Shown: piece after piece, positions 51,559 through 62,600 of the stretch | How positions within the stretch are numbered: the first letter of the stretch is position 1 | Layout: the number at the start of each line of letters is the position of its first letter | Source: Callorhinchus milii | Lineage: Eukaryota | Direction of reading: 5' to 3' | DNA length: 64,000 nt | Assembly (NCBI RefSeq): GCF_018977255.1 | Contig: NW_024704742.1 | Location: 138,696,001-138,760,000 of the forward strand | Notes under the pieces: model-generated | Database searches by the model: none | What the model was told of the DNA's origin: nothing | Seen by the model: only the letters and a program-made list of their open reading frames with translations | Program-made: the position numbers and the translations under genes

Positions 51559-52850
51559 CTGAAATTATAAACTGGGTTAAAGATCAGAGATAAAGATCCA
51601 ACTTTCAATATAATTAAGCATCTAGTTAAAGTAATGGTGGTTAAGATTAAGAACATAAGACAATAAGAATTTGCTGGCAAAAGAAGACTAAGGTCCATTT
51701 AGTTTGCCTTCCACCATCCTGGCAGTCATTTGACATGTCGTGGCCCAAACTATATACTAAATCCCAAGATATTATTTTCCCAGCAGAAATCTATCTCATT
51801 TGTTCTTAAAACAAACAACACTTTCTGCTTCCACTGTCTGTCTCCCTCGGGAACCTGTTCCATACGTTTACTACTCGCTCACTGAAGTAGTTTCGCAGAT
51901 TTGTTCTGAATTTACCCCCTTCAATCACAGACGGTGTCCTCTAGTCCTACTATTCAGTACAAGATAAAACAGCTTATCACGGTCTACATTACGTGGTCTA
52001 GTCCCTTTAGAATCTTAAAGACCATAATCAAATCACCCTTCAACCTTCTCTTCTCCAGTGTGAACACACCCAGTTTATCTAATCGTTCCTCATCATTTTT
52101 TTACAGTTTTTTGGTTAGTATACAAACTTAAAACCAACATGGATCTAAATGATGTACCATGCAACAATTTCAAATGGAATTTCTTAAGGAATTTGAATGA
52201 AGGGACCTTCTGATAACGCGCATGTATCACGTAAATTTGTGAGATACCCACAAGTCTCTGTAACCTGCCAATATTCTAAAGGTTAAATTAATTAGTATTT
52301 GTTTTGAGTTTGGGCCATCTATGTACGTCTCTGTAGTAGATGGGAGAATTTTGAGTTAGCAGTTGTCACTTGAGATTTGGTAGATGAATATATTTGATTT
52401 CTTTTTGGAAGCATATAATGGAAATGTCCCAAGGTTTGTGAATTGGCATGTCATTAAGCTTTCATAGGATATACTATAAAGCGTAGTGACTGTATTTTGA
52501 GGGTAAAAGGCGACAGCCAATTGCACACAGCAGTGTCCCACAAACAGTCTTAATACAATAATATAAATATACAATATAAAATCATATAAAATAATAAAAT
52601 ATACAATACGGTGTTATAAAAACTGACACAACAGGGTTACAATTTGTATTCCAACAATTATTAGATAATAATTTATTAAAAAAACTATAATAAACTTTAT
52701 ATAATAAAATATAATATAAAACCAACAACAAGAGAGACATGGTTACAATCTGCACTCCAATAATTAACTTAATATGATGTAAAACCAATATCAGAGACAA
52801 GATTACAGTTTATAACTGGTAAAAAGGACCTTATAGTTTTCACTTCTTAC

Positions 52851-53053
52851 CTGGGTGCCTGTTTTTGACATAACTGTCAGCTCGCTTGGAAAAGTACTAC
52901 CACTGTCACAGTACCCAGAGCGTTCTTCATTGGGTAATTCTCTCCAATCCTCCATTGTGGTGGCTTGGTACACTGTGTTCCGTTTACCTGACCCTCCACC
53001 CACCCCAGCAGGAGTAGGCAGAGAGTCAGAGCGAGACCCAGGCTGGTTGGCAT
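52851..53053 (-). CDS. SELENOP: Selenoprotein P coding exon 1: signal peptide and redox UxxC (UQLC) motif
   Basis: MPTSLGLALTLCLLLLGWVEGQVNGTQCTKPPQWRIGENYPMKNALGTVTVVVLFQAS-U-QLCQKQAP; TGA at 52879-52877 is codon 59, as in human; exon starts 53071 after TTTTAG; donor CAG|GTAAGA. Confidence 0.96.
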
Positions 53054-55921
53054 TAATGCCCAGGGCTTTGGCTAAAATAAGAAATAATAAACACAGTTTT
53101 CATAGATCTTATTTTGAACAATATTGCTATTACATCAAATGTCTTAAAATCATAGAATCTTACAGCCCAGAAGGAAACCGTTTGGCCCATCGTGCTCTTT
53201 GAAAGAGCTATTCTGCTCTTACCCCATAGCCTTGCACATTGTTCCTTTTTAAGTACATATCCAATTCCCTTTTGAAAGCTAGGTAATTAAAAAGAAAAGG
53301 AGGTGCCGGAGCCTGCTATTTTTTGGAATTGAAATAATAATAATAAAAGAAATTTAAAAATTTGGTCACTCAATCCACGATGGTTTGTGGGACACTGCTG
53401 TGTGCAATTGGCTGCCACGTTTCACCCACAAAATATACAGTCAATTCACTTTGCAGTATATTCTGTGAAGCACTTTGAGACGTCTCGAAGATGTAATTAG
53501 ACGCTATATCAAATGAAAGGATTATTATTATCTAGCACTGTTACTCTCCTTTTTGGGTTTTCTACAAATTGCTTTAGAAAGTAATTTTGGACGCACTCTA
53601 AAATTACAACCCCATTTTGTACCTCATTACTTTCCATGTCCTAATCAATCTTCAGATAGTTAAAGTCCCCAGTTATTATCACCTTGTTCTTACAGAGCAC
53701 ACCTTTCTAAGATGCCCTATAAATCCCATTTAAATATCTGAAGCCACATTTCAGATAATAAGATTACATCATATCCCTTATCCCAATTAAGATTTTAAGT
53801 TCAAAATCACCCATTTTATTCCACTATTTTGGTCAGCCACATGTGGAAACCCATCACCAAACTTAAGATTACCCAACCCAAACTGAGAATTCCATGCATC
53901 CCACCTACACATGAAAATTCCTGACATATTACAAGTTTAAAATTTTTTTTTTTCAATATTTCAAATATATTTTTAAAAAATTGGTCACTCAATCCATAAC
54001 TAGTTGTGGAACACTGCTGTGCGCAATTGGCAGCTGCATTTCGCTCACAAAATAAACAGTTCACTTTAAAGTAGATTCTGTGAAGGAATTTGAGACGTCT
54101 TGAAGAAGTGATAAAGCGCAATACCAAATGCAAGGATTATTTATTGATTTATTCCTCCACAAGGAGAGAGAGTGCACATTCTATTTCATGCACGGGGAAT
54201 TTCTATATTCAAGGATTATTATTACAATAAATGGAATGCTCATTCTCTCCCTGGAGGGACGTATCCTGCTTACCTAATTCTGGAGAGTATTAGGCGCAGA
54301 TTGCCAAGATCCAAGGCTTGGGAACCCCAGAGTGTGTGTTGGGGTAACTGCTGGAATACACCGCAACCCCTTCTTCCTTTTTCTTAAAATTATGGCTTTG
54401 AAATCCCAAATTTGTTGTTACCAACTATTCGTGTGGTTTTCCATTATAAAGATTTTGTGGCGAGACTGCTACTTCAAGCAATCAGTGTATATTAGACCAT
54501 TACAGTCAGAATAAACAAAAGCATCAGATCAAATTTACTATAGTGATAAGAAATTGTCACTAAAGAACATAAGAACATAAGAATTTGCTGGCAAAAGAGA
54601 CCAAGGTCCACCCAGTTCACCTTCCCCCATTGGCTGCTGCATTTTGCCCAGAAATATACAGTCACTTTACAGTATATTCTGTGAAGCGCTTTGAGACGTC
54701 TTGAAGACATAAGGCGCTATATCAAATGCAAGGATTATTATTATTATGGTAGTTGCTTGACATGTCATGTCCCAAACTGTATACTGTATCCTGAGATATT
54801 ATTTTCTAACAGAAATCTATCTCATTTGTTCTTGGGACTTGGGACTTCAGCGCCTTGGCACGTCCTTCTGACGTGAAAGGCGCTTTATAAATGGAATCTT
54901 GTTGTTGTTGTTGTTCTTGAAACAAACAACATTTTCTGCTTCCACCGTCTGTCTCCCGAGGGAACCTGTTCCATACGTTTACTACTCGCTCCCCGAAGTC
55001 GTGTTTCCGCAGATTTGTTCTGAATTTACCCCCTTTTAATCTCAGGCCGTGTTGTCTGGTTCTACTGTTCAGTACGAGATATAAAACAGCTTCTCGTGGT
55101 CTACATTATCTCGTCCCTTTAGAATCTTAAAGACCGTAATCAAATCACTCCTTAATCTTCTCTTCAATGTGAGTACACTGTTTACCTGATCGCTCCTCAT
55201 AGTCAAGTCCCTCCATCCCCTCAATCATTTTGGTTGCAGTGACCAGAACTGCACACAATATTCACAGTTCAGTCGCACCAGTGCTTTATAAAACTATTTG
55301 GGCTCAATGTTGCTCTTTTGCATCTGGTTTGCCTTACAACAATATTAATAATAATCCTTGCATTTGATATAGCACCTTATCACGTAGTTGAGATGTCTCA
55401 AAGCGCTTCACAGAATATACTGTAAAGTGTAATGACTGTGTATTTTGTGGATGATTATATTACTCACTGCTACCGAGCACAGTTGCGATAGCATACACCA
55501 CTTTTTCCAACAAGCTTTATATTACAGCAAGAATTATTTTAGCTAGTTACTCGGAGATTCAATTACATTTGAAAAAATGCAAAATTTATTTTAATTGATA
55601 AACAATTGATAAATAATTTTAAAAGCGGCTCATCGCATTCCAAGGTTAAATTGATGAGCCAAATCAACAAATACAGTAATTGTCAACAACTGAGTAATTA
55701 AAGATATTCTAAGTTTAAAAAATATATATTTTTCATATTTCATACTGCATAATTACAGCTACAAATACTGAATAATAAAAGAAAATTCCATATAAGCAAG
55801 GGAAACAATTTAGTTTACTATAATTTCAACAATATTTGCTATCATTCTTTGAAAATAGTTCTCTTGTTATTGAAGTTTCATGCAAATATTGTTAAAATGA
55901 TTTAATGAATGAAGTCCTTAC

Positions 55922-55972
55922 ATATTCTTCCTCATGTTTTCTGTTCTTATTCCTGCTCCTGTTTTCAGATCT
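55922..55972 (-). other. SELENOP: SELENOP 5'-UTR exon 1 (start approximate)
   Basis: Begins ~25-30 nt downstream of a TATAAATAG box and ends at donor AATAT|GTAAGG; vertebrate SELENOP has a non-coding first exon. Confidence 0.72.
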
Positions 55973-55994
55973 AACTAGCTCCGAGCTGCTCCCG

Positions 55995-56062
55995 CTATTT
56001 ATACCTCTCTTGTTTTTCAATCTCCTTTTTCACTGAAGATTTAGGTTAAAGTTCATGTTTGT
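55995..56062 (-). promoter_or_regulatory. SELENOP: SELENOP promoter: TATA box (55998-56003), HNF4-type DR1 (56043-56055), adjacent forkhead-type site (56056-56062)
   Basis: TATAAATAG on -; AGGTTA-A-AGTTCA immediately followed by TGTTTGT on +. Confidence 0.72.
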
Positions 56063-56649
56063 CAATCACATAGTCAAAAAAAACAGCAAGTAGTGCATGA
56101 CTTTAACTCATTTTCCAGTATCCTTTCCGTGGCAACAGAGACTCTATTTCAAATTCAAAAAATAGTAATAGTCAGCTGTTTACTGGTTTTATTTAGTTTA
56201 GTGGAGTCTTGTAGCTTAGTGGTTAGAGCACTTGCCTCGCAAGCGCGAGGACCTGGGTTTAATTCCCAGGCAGGGTGAAACATTAGGCAAGTTTCGTTAA
56301 TCCACACGCCTCTGTTAACCGAGCAATAAATAGGAACCCAATTGTTAGGCGATTGGCAGATCGCTTTTCTGGGGGTAATAATCCCTTAAGAAAATAACAA
56401 TTTGGTCACTCGATCCATGACTGTTTGTGGGACACTGCTGTTCGCAATTGGCTGCCAGATTTTGCCCCTCGAAATATAAGTTGGGAGGGCAATGGCAGCT
56501 GTGCGGATTCCCTCGATTTTGGACTGAGAGAAGTCCAGCATTTTCTCGCAGTGAGTCAGAGGAAAGAATCTGCGAGGCGTGTCGGGGAGGGCGGAGGAGC
56601 CGGTTAGTGGTGGAGAACAGGAGCCAGGGATTTCCCTTCACCTTTAGGA

Positions 56650-58350
56650 TTAACAACAACAACAACAGGATTCCATTTATAAAGCGCCTTTCACGTTAGG
56701 AGGACGTCCCAAGGCGCTGCACAGTTGGGTCAGGACCCGAGCAGGGGGGAAATGGTCAGGGTGAGGGGAGGGAAGGGAGGGAGCGAGGAGGGGGGAAATG
56801 GTCAGGGTGAGGGGAGGGAAGGGAGGGAGCGAGGAGGGGGGAAATGGTCAGGGTGAGGGGAGGGAAGGGAGGGAGCGAGGAGGGGGAAATGGTCAGGGTG
56901 AGAGGGGGGAAGGGAGGGAGCGAGGAGGGGGGAAATGGTCAGGGTGAGGGGAGGGAAGGGAGGGAGCGAGCAGGGGGGAAATGGTCAGGGTGAGGGGAGG
57001 GAAGGGAGGGAGCGAGGAGGGGGGAAATGGTCAGGGTGAGGGGAGGGAAGGGAGGGAGCGAGGAGGGGGAAATGGTCAGGGTGAGGGGAGGGAAGGGAGG
57101 GAGCGAGGAGGGGGGAAATGGTCAGGGTGAGGGGAGGGAAGGGAGGGAGCGAGGAGGGGGGAAATGGTCAGGGTGAGGGGAGGGATGGGAGGGAGCGAGA
57201 AGGGGGAAGAGAGTCGAGAGGGGAGCTGAAGGCTCGGTCAAAGAGAAAGGTTTTGAGACCGGCCTTGAAGGAGGAGAGGGAGGAAGCGGCGAAGGCACTG
57301 GGGATAGATAACCTGGAATAGAAGGATGATTTGGCTGAGGCGGGAGCGGAGCGGTAGTTTTGTCTGAGGAGGTGGAGCAGGAGGGGGTGAAGTGGAGGTT
57401 GAAGTCGCCCAGGATGATGAGGTGGTCAGAGCAGAGGCAGGGGGAAGCAAAGAGGGTGGAGATGTCAGGTGGGGGAGGATTTTGGGGGGCGGTACACTAG
57501 GAGGATTTTCAGAGAGAGGTGGGAGGGATGGCAGAGGGTAAGGTATTTGAGGGGAACAAGCCGGTGGAGTAGGGGGATAGGGCAAGTGATGCCCTGAATA
57601 TGAGGGACACACCACCACCACAACGATTGGGGCGGGGCATGGTGGCAGGTGTAGCCAGGTGGTGTGGTCTCAGTGAGGGGGAAGGTGTCACCTGGAGTGA
57701 TCCAGGACTCTGTTAGTGCCATAATGTCAATGTTCTCATTGAGGTTGAGTTCATTGATGGCCAGGGTCTTGTTGGAGATGGAGCGGACAGTTGGCAAGGG
57801 GATGTGTGGGATGGGAGGGGATAGTGGAATGGTTGGGAGGGAGGGTAGGGTTGCAGATGAGGGAGGAGAAGTTAGCCCCCAGGGTCTGGGTCTGGGGTGG
57901 CTTGCAGGGGTAGTGGGGAATGGGGCAGTTGGTGTGGCTGCTGCTGGACAGCCAGCATCGTGATGAGCGAAGGATTCCCAGGCTGGAGCAGAGGGAGGCA
58001 GTGGAAGGGGCAAACAGTGATAGGAGGCGGGGAGGGCGTAGAGAGAGCAGGACAGAGCAGGAGAGTTGCAGGGAAAGGGACATTTTGAGGGAGGGCCAGC
58101 TCGGGTTGGGGGCGGCAGCCAAGATGTGCACGCTGGGACGAGAGGTGGCGGGTTTAGAGAGACATTGTCAGCCTGCAGGAGGCTGTGGGGCTGTGAGGTG
58201 GTGCAGAGGTGGGAGGGCGCTCATTGTGGTTAGTAGGGGAAGGACAGGGAAAACAGGCAGACAGACAGACAGACAGAGGGTGGGAGGGAGGGAGACACTG
58301 GTACAGGCGGTCCTGTCCTGTCCTGTCCTGTCCTGTGCTGTGCTGTAGCT
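56650..58350 (-). mobile_element. Internally deleted L2: 5' region and APE start joined directly to the 3' end
   Basis: VRSISNK..DIMALTESWI..VYRPPK, LGDFN-like endonuclease motifs at 57.4-57.8 kb, then LKTFLF end and (TTG)n tail at 56652. Confidence 0.8.
56745..57200. repeat. 45-46 bp polypurine minisatellite, 10 copies, within the L2 3' UTR
   Basis: Unit GGGGGGAAATGGTCAGGGTGAGGGGAGGGAAGGGAGGGAGCGAGGA; AATGG recurs at 56751, 56797, 56843, 56888, 56934, 56980, 57026, 57071, 57117, 57163. Confidence 0.95.
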
Positions 58351-58369
58351 GCTAACGGGATTCAAACCT

Positions 58370-58448
58370 GGCGGGCGGAAGTGACGTCATGCAGAATGGT
58401 GGGAAAATCTGGAAGTCGAAAATGGCGGCTCCCCCTGACCAGGTAATG
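58370..58448 (+). promoter_or_regulatory. Housekeeping-type promoter / first exon of a divergent + strand gene
   Basis: GC box, ETS-CRE composite GCGGAAGTGACGTCA (58375-58389), YY1 AAAATGGCGGC (58419-58429), donor CAG|GTAATG (58442/3), CpG-rich downstream. Confidence 0.65.
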
Positions 58449-58769
58449 GCCAACGCTCGATCCCCGAGACCCCGACCCCAAGACACCCACCTCAGGGCCC
58501 ACGAGACCCCGGCCCAGCCTACAGATACCGGCCCCTGCCTTTGGCTAATGCCAGTCCCCAGGACCCCGACTCTGCTTCGAGCTATTGCCGGCCCCAATCC
58601 CCAAGATACCGTCCCTACCACTAGCTGTTGCCGGATCCTGACACCCGCTCTGGCTACTGCCGGTCCCCATCCCCGGGACCTCGAACCCCCACTGGCTAAA
58701 GCTGGTCCCGATCCCTGGGAGACCAGCCCTATGACTTCCTGCCTCTGCCTGACTTACCTTCCGTGAGTC

Positions 58770-60020
58770 TACCCTTGACTCCAGGACCCACTGCTGTCCT
58801 GACAGAATGTCTGTCAGACGTCAAGTCCCGGATGAGGGCAAACTTTCTACAGGTGAACGTCAACAAGACCGAGGCTCCTGATTGGCTCCCGTCAGCGCCT
58901 CCACACCTCAGGCCCTGACAGCATCACCATCCCTGGGGCTCACTCCCCCTCACTGCGCCAGTCCCGAACCTTGGGGTCTGGTTTGACCCTCAACTATACT
59001 TTCTCCCCCACATCTGCCCCATGACCCGCTCTGCCTCCCCCACCCCCGCAACATGGCCCGACTCCCCCACTGTCTCACACCACAGCCCCTGACACCCTCA
59101 CACACCCCTCCATTACAGTCAGACTCCACTATGCAAACTCCCTCCTTGTCGGCCCCCAACCCCTCCCTCCACAGACTGCAGATCATCCCGAACTAACTCT
59201 GCAGCCCGTGTCCTCTCCCCCACCCCATCACCCCCATCCTCACTCCCACCAGGCTCCCCGATCCCATCACCCCCATCCTCACTCCCACCAGGCTCTGTGA
59301 CCCTAACACCTCCATCCTCACCCCCACCAGGCTCCCCGACCCCATCACCCCCATCCTCACCCCCACCAGGCTCCCCAACCCCATCACCCCCATCCTCACC
59401 CCCACCAGGCTCCCCCACCCCATCACCCCCATCCTCACCCCCACCAGGCTCCCTGACCCCATCACCCCCAACCAGGCTCCCCGATCCCATCACCCCCATC
59501 CTCACACCCCAGGCTCCGTGACCCCCATCACCCCCATCCTCGCCCCACCAGGCTCTGTGACCCTATCACCCCCATCCTTGCCAACTCCACTGGCTTCCCG
59601 TCACACAGACGATACAATTCAAGATCCTGGTCCTCACATTCAAAGCCCTCCATGGTCTTGCACCCCCCGACCTCTGCCACCTCCTAACCCCCTACCATCC
59701 CGCTCGCTCCCTTTACTCAGCGGGCTCTGGCTTGCATCATGTTCCCCGCCTCACTCGCCCCACCATTGGTGGGTGGGCCTTCTGCCACTCTGCCCCTACC
59801 ATCTAGAACTTCATCCCATAGTCACTCCACCTCGCCCCTTACTTACCTCTTTCAAGACCCATTTCAAGACCCTCCTCTTTGACCGTGCTTCCGATCACCC
59901 TCCTTCCCCCATTGCCCACTGCCCCCCACCCTCCCCAATCCCAACCCCCAGCTCGGGTCCGAAATCCAGTGCCTTAGGACATCCTCCCGAAAGGTGCTAT
60001 ACAAATGTAATGTTCTTGTT
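58770..60020 (+). mobile_element. L2 3' fragment containing a 39-bp minisatellite (~59220-59580)
   Basis: L2 ORF2 remnants; unit CCCATCACCCCCATCCTCACCCCCACCAGGCTCCCCGAC derives from the L2 RTRL.DPITPIL coding segment. Confidence 0.85.
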
Positions 60021-60163
60021 GAAATATGCTGTGTAATTGTAACTTCTTGATGTTGTTGTTATACCGCCCTTCAAACCTGAGTTATTTCTCTGTCCTTTTT
60101 CACTCCATGACATCAAATGCTCAGTTGCGTTTTTCAGGCCGAGTACAAGGATTACTTGCACCT

Positions 60164-61185
60164 GGTGACCGACCTCCCCCGGTGACCGACCTCCCCCGGT
60201 GTCTGAACCGCCCCCGGTGACCGACCTCCCCCGGTGACCGACCTCCCCCGGTGTCTGAACCGCCCCCGGTGACCGACCTCCCCCGGTGACCGACCTCCCC
60301 CGGTGTCTGAACCGCCCCCGGTGTCTGAACCGCCCCCGGTGTCTGAACCGCCCCCGGTGACCGACCTCCCCCGGTGACCGACCTCCCCCGGTGTCTGAAC
60401 CGCCCCCGGTGACCGACCTCCCCCGGTGTCTGAACCGCCCCCGGTGTCTGAACCGCTCCCGGTGTCTGAACCGCCCCCGGTGACCGACCTCCCCCGGTGA
60501 CCGACCTCCCCCGGTGACCGACCTCCCCCGGTGACCGACCTCCCCCGGTGACCGACCTGCCCCCGGTGACCGACCTGCCCCCGGTGACCGACCGCCCCCG
60601 GTGACCGACCGCCCCCGGTGACCGACCGCCCCCGGTGACCGGCCGCCCCCGGCGACCGGCCGCCCCCGGCGACCGGCCGCCCCCGGCGACCGGCCGCCCC
60701 CGGCGACCGGCCGCCCCCGGCGACCGGCCGCCCCCGGCGACCGGCCGCCCCGGCGACCGGCCGCCCCCGGCGACCGGCCGCCCCCGGCGACCGGCCGCCC
60801 CCGGCGACGTCCCGCCCCCGGCGACTGTCCCGCCCCCGGCGACTGTCCCGCCCCCGGCGACCGTCCCGCCCCCGGCGACTGACCCGCCCCCGGCGACTGG
60901 CCCGCCCCCGGTGACTGGCCCGCCCCGGTGATTGACACGTCCCCGGTGTCTGAACCGCCACCGGTGACTGACCTGCCCCCGGTGACTGTCCCGCCCCCGG
61001 TGACAGCCCCGCCCCGTCCCCGGCGACTGACCCGCCCCCGCCCTTGGTGACTGACCACCCTGTCCCGGCGACTGACCCGCCCCCGCTCCTGGTGACAGAC
61101 CCCCCTGTCCCCGGCGACTGACCCGCCGCCGCCCCCGCTCCTGGTGACAGACCCCCCCTGTCCCCGGCGACTGACTCGCCCCCAG
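60164..61185. repeat. GC-rich 17/18-bp minisatellite
   Basis: Units GGTGACCGACCTCCCCC, GGTGTCTGAACCGCCCCC, GGCGACCGGCCGCCCCC, GGCGACTGTCCCGCCCCC. Confidence 0.95.
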
Positions 61186-62222
61186 TCACTGGCCTGCCTG
61201 CCCCCTCCTAGTCTTGCAATGAGCCCAGGCTGTCTGCTGTCATCACCAGTGCCTTGGAGTACTGCAGACCCACCTGCCTCAGGAACTGGACACAGAGGGT
61301 GGAATCGATTCTGATATTCCATTGCCAGACATGTCACCTTAGAACTAGGTCAGCTCCAAGGAGATCCGACTAGGAGCGTGAAAACAAAAATTAGGAAGAA
61401 TGTTTTTTCTCAGAACGTTATCAAGTTCAAGATCCTCACCCTCACCTTTAAACCCCTCTATGGTCTTGCCCCACCTCAGCTCTGTGACTCTCTCAAATCT
61501 TACAAATCCTCCACTTGATGAGCACTAGCCTACTTCACCCACTCCCTGCCACCCCGCCCCACTATCAGGCTGCCTCAGGTCCTAGCAAATCAGCTTATTT
61601 GTCCCCACTCTCTCAAACTCCATCTTGGAATCGCTATGCCTCGCCAGCTTCAAGGTCCATCTCAAGACTTTCCTCTTTGACCTTGCCTTTGACCCCAACT
61701 CGACTGCCCTTGGAATGTCCTCCCGATTTGAAAGGCACCATATAAATGCAAATTTTTGTTTGTTATTATCAGATGTGAAATGAATTGCCAGGAATTGGTA
61801 GTGGAGTAGAATTACTTGGAGATATTTAAAGGGGAATTAGATAAATGCATGCTCAGGAAAGGGATTGAAAGGTATGAGTGTGCTCTGGGTTGCTACCCTG
61901 CATGAGGGGTGCTTATATAAATGCAAGTTGTTGTTGAGAAAAAAGTGGGGAACTGAGAATAATGATAGATAATTCAATTGGAGGAGCAAATAATATGATC
62001 GGTTAAATGGCCTTCTTTGTGTTGTAGTTTGTATGTTTCCATATTGCCATCAATAAGCAATAAAGGAGATAATTTAGCATTAAAAAACTACATTTGTAGT
62101 GAGGGTTTCATGCAGTACATTTTGTAAATTTGGCTCTGTGTGCTTATAAATGATACTAGGTTCATTTTAATTATTTAAACTTAACTATGGTACTGTATAT
62201 CATTCACATCATAGTTGGCCAT

Positions 62223-62600
62223 GGAGTCCTGTAGCTCAGTGGTTAGAGCACTCCCTCGCATGCAAGAGGACCTGGGTTAAATTCCCGGAGAGGACAAAAA
62301 ATGTTGGGCAAGTTTCCTTGCTTCGCACGCCTCTGTTTACTTAGCGGTAAGTAGGAACCTGGTTGTTAGTTAATTGGCGAATCGCTTTTCCGGGGATAAT
62401 AATCCCTTAAAAAAATATTTGGTCACTCAATCCATGACTGTTTATGGAGCACTGCTGTGTGCAATTGGCTGTCATGTTTCGCCCACAAAATATACAGTCA
62501 ATTCACTTTACCGTATATTCTGTGAAGCGCTTTGAGACGCCTCGAAGATGTGATAAAGTGCTATATCAAATGCAACGATTATTATTATTATTATTACTAT
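62223..62600 (+). mobile_element. tRNA-derived SINE, long subfamily, full length
   Basis: GGAGTCCTGTAGCTCAGTGGTTAGAGC head to (ATT)n tail. Confidence 0.9.

Noticed and set aside
60164..61185. CRISPR-like or iteron-like array
   Set aside because: Head-to-tail units with no unique spacers, no cas genes, vertebrate context
59997..61337. 446-aa and 345-aa Gly/Arg-rich ORFs
   Set aside because: By-products of a stop-poor GC-rich minisatellite whose 17/18-bp units cycle through frames; no protein family features
62223..62295. tRNA-Ala-like genes here and at other GGAGTCCTGTAGCTCAGTGG sites
   Set aside because: These are SINE heads: the acceptor stem is not closed and each runs into the SINE body and tail
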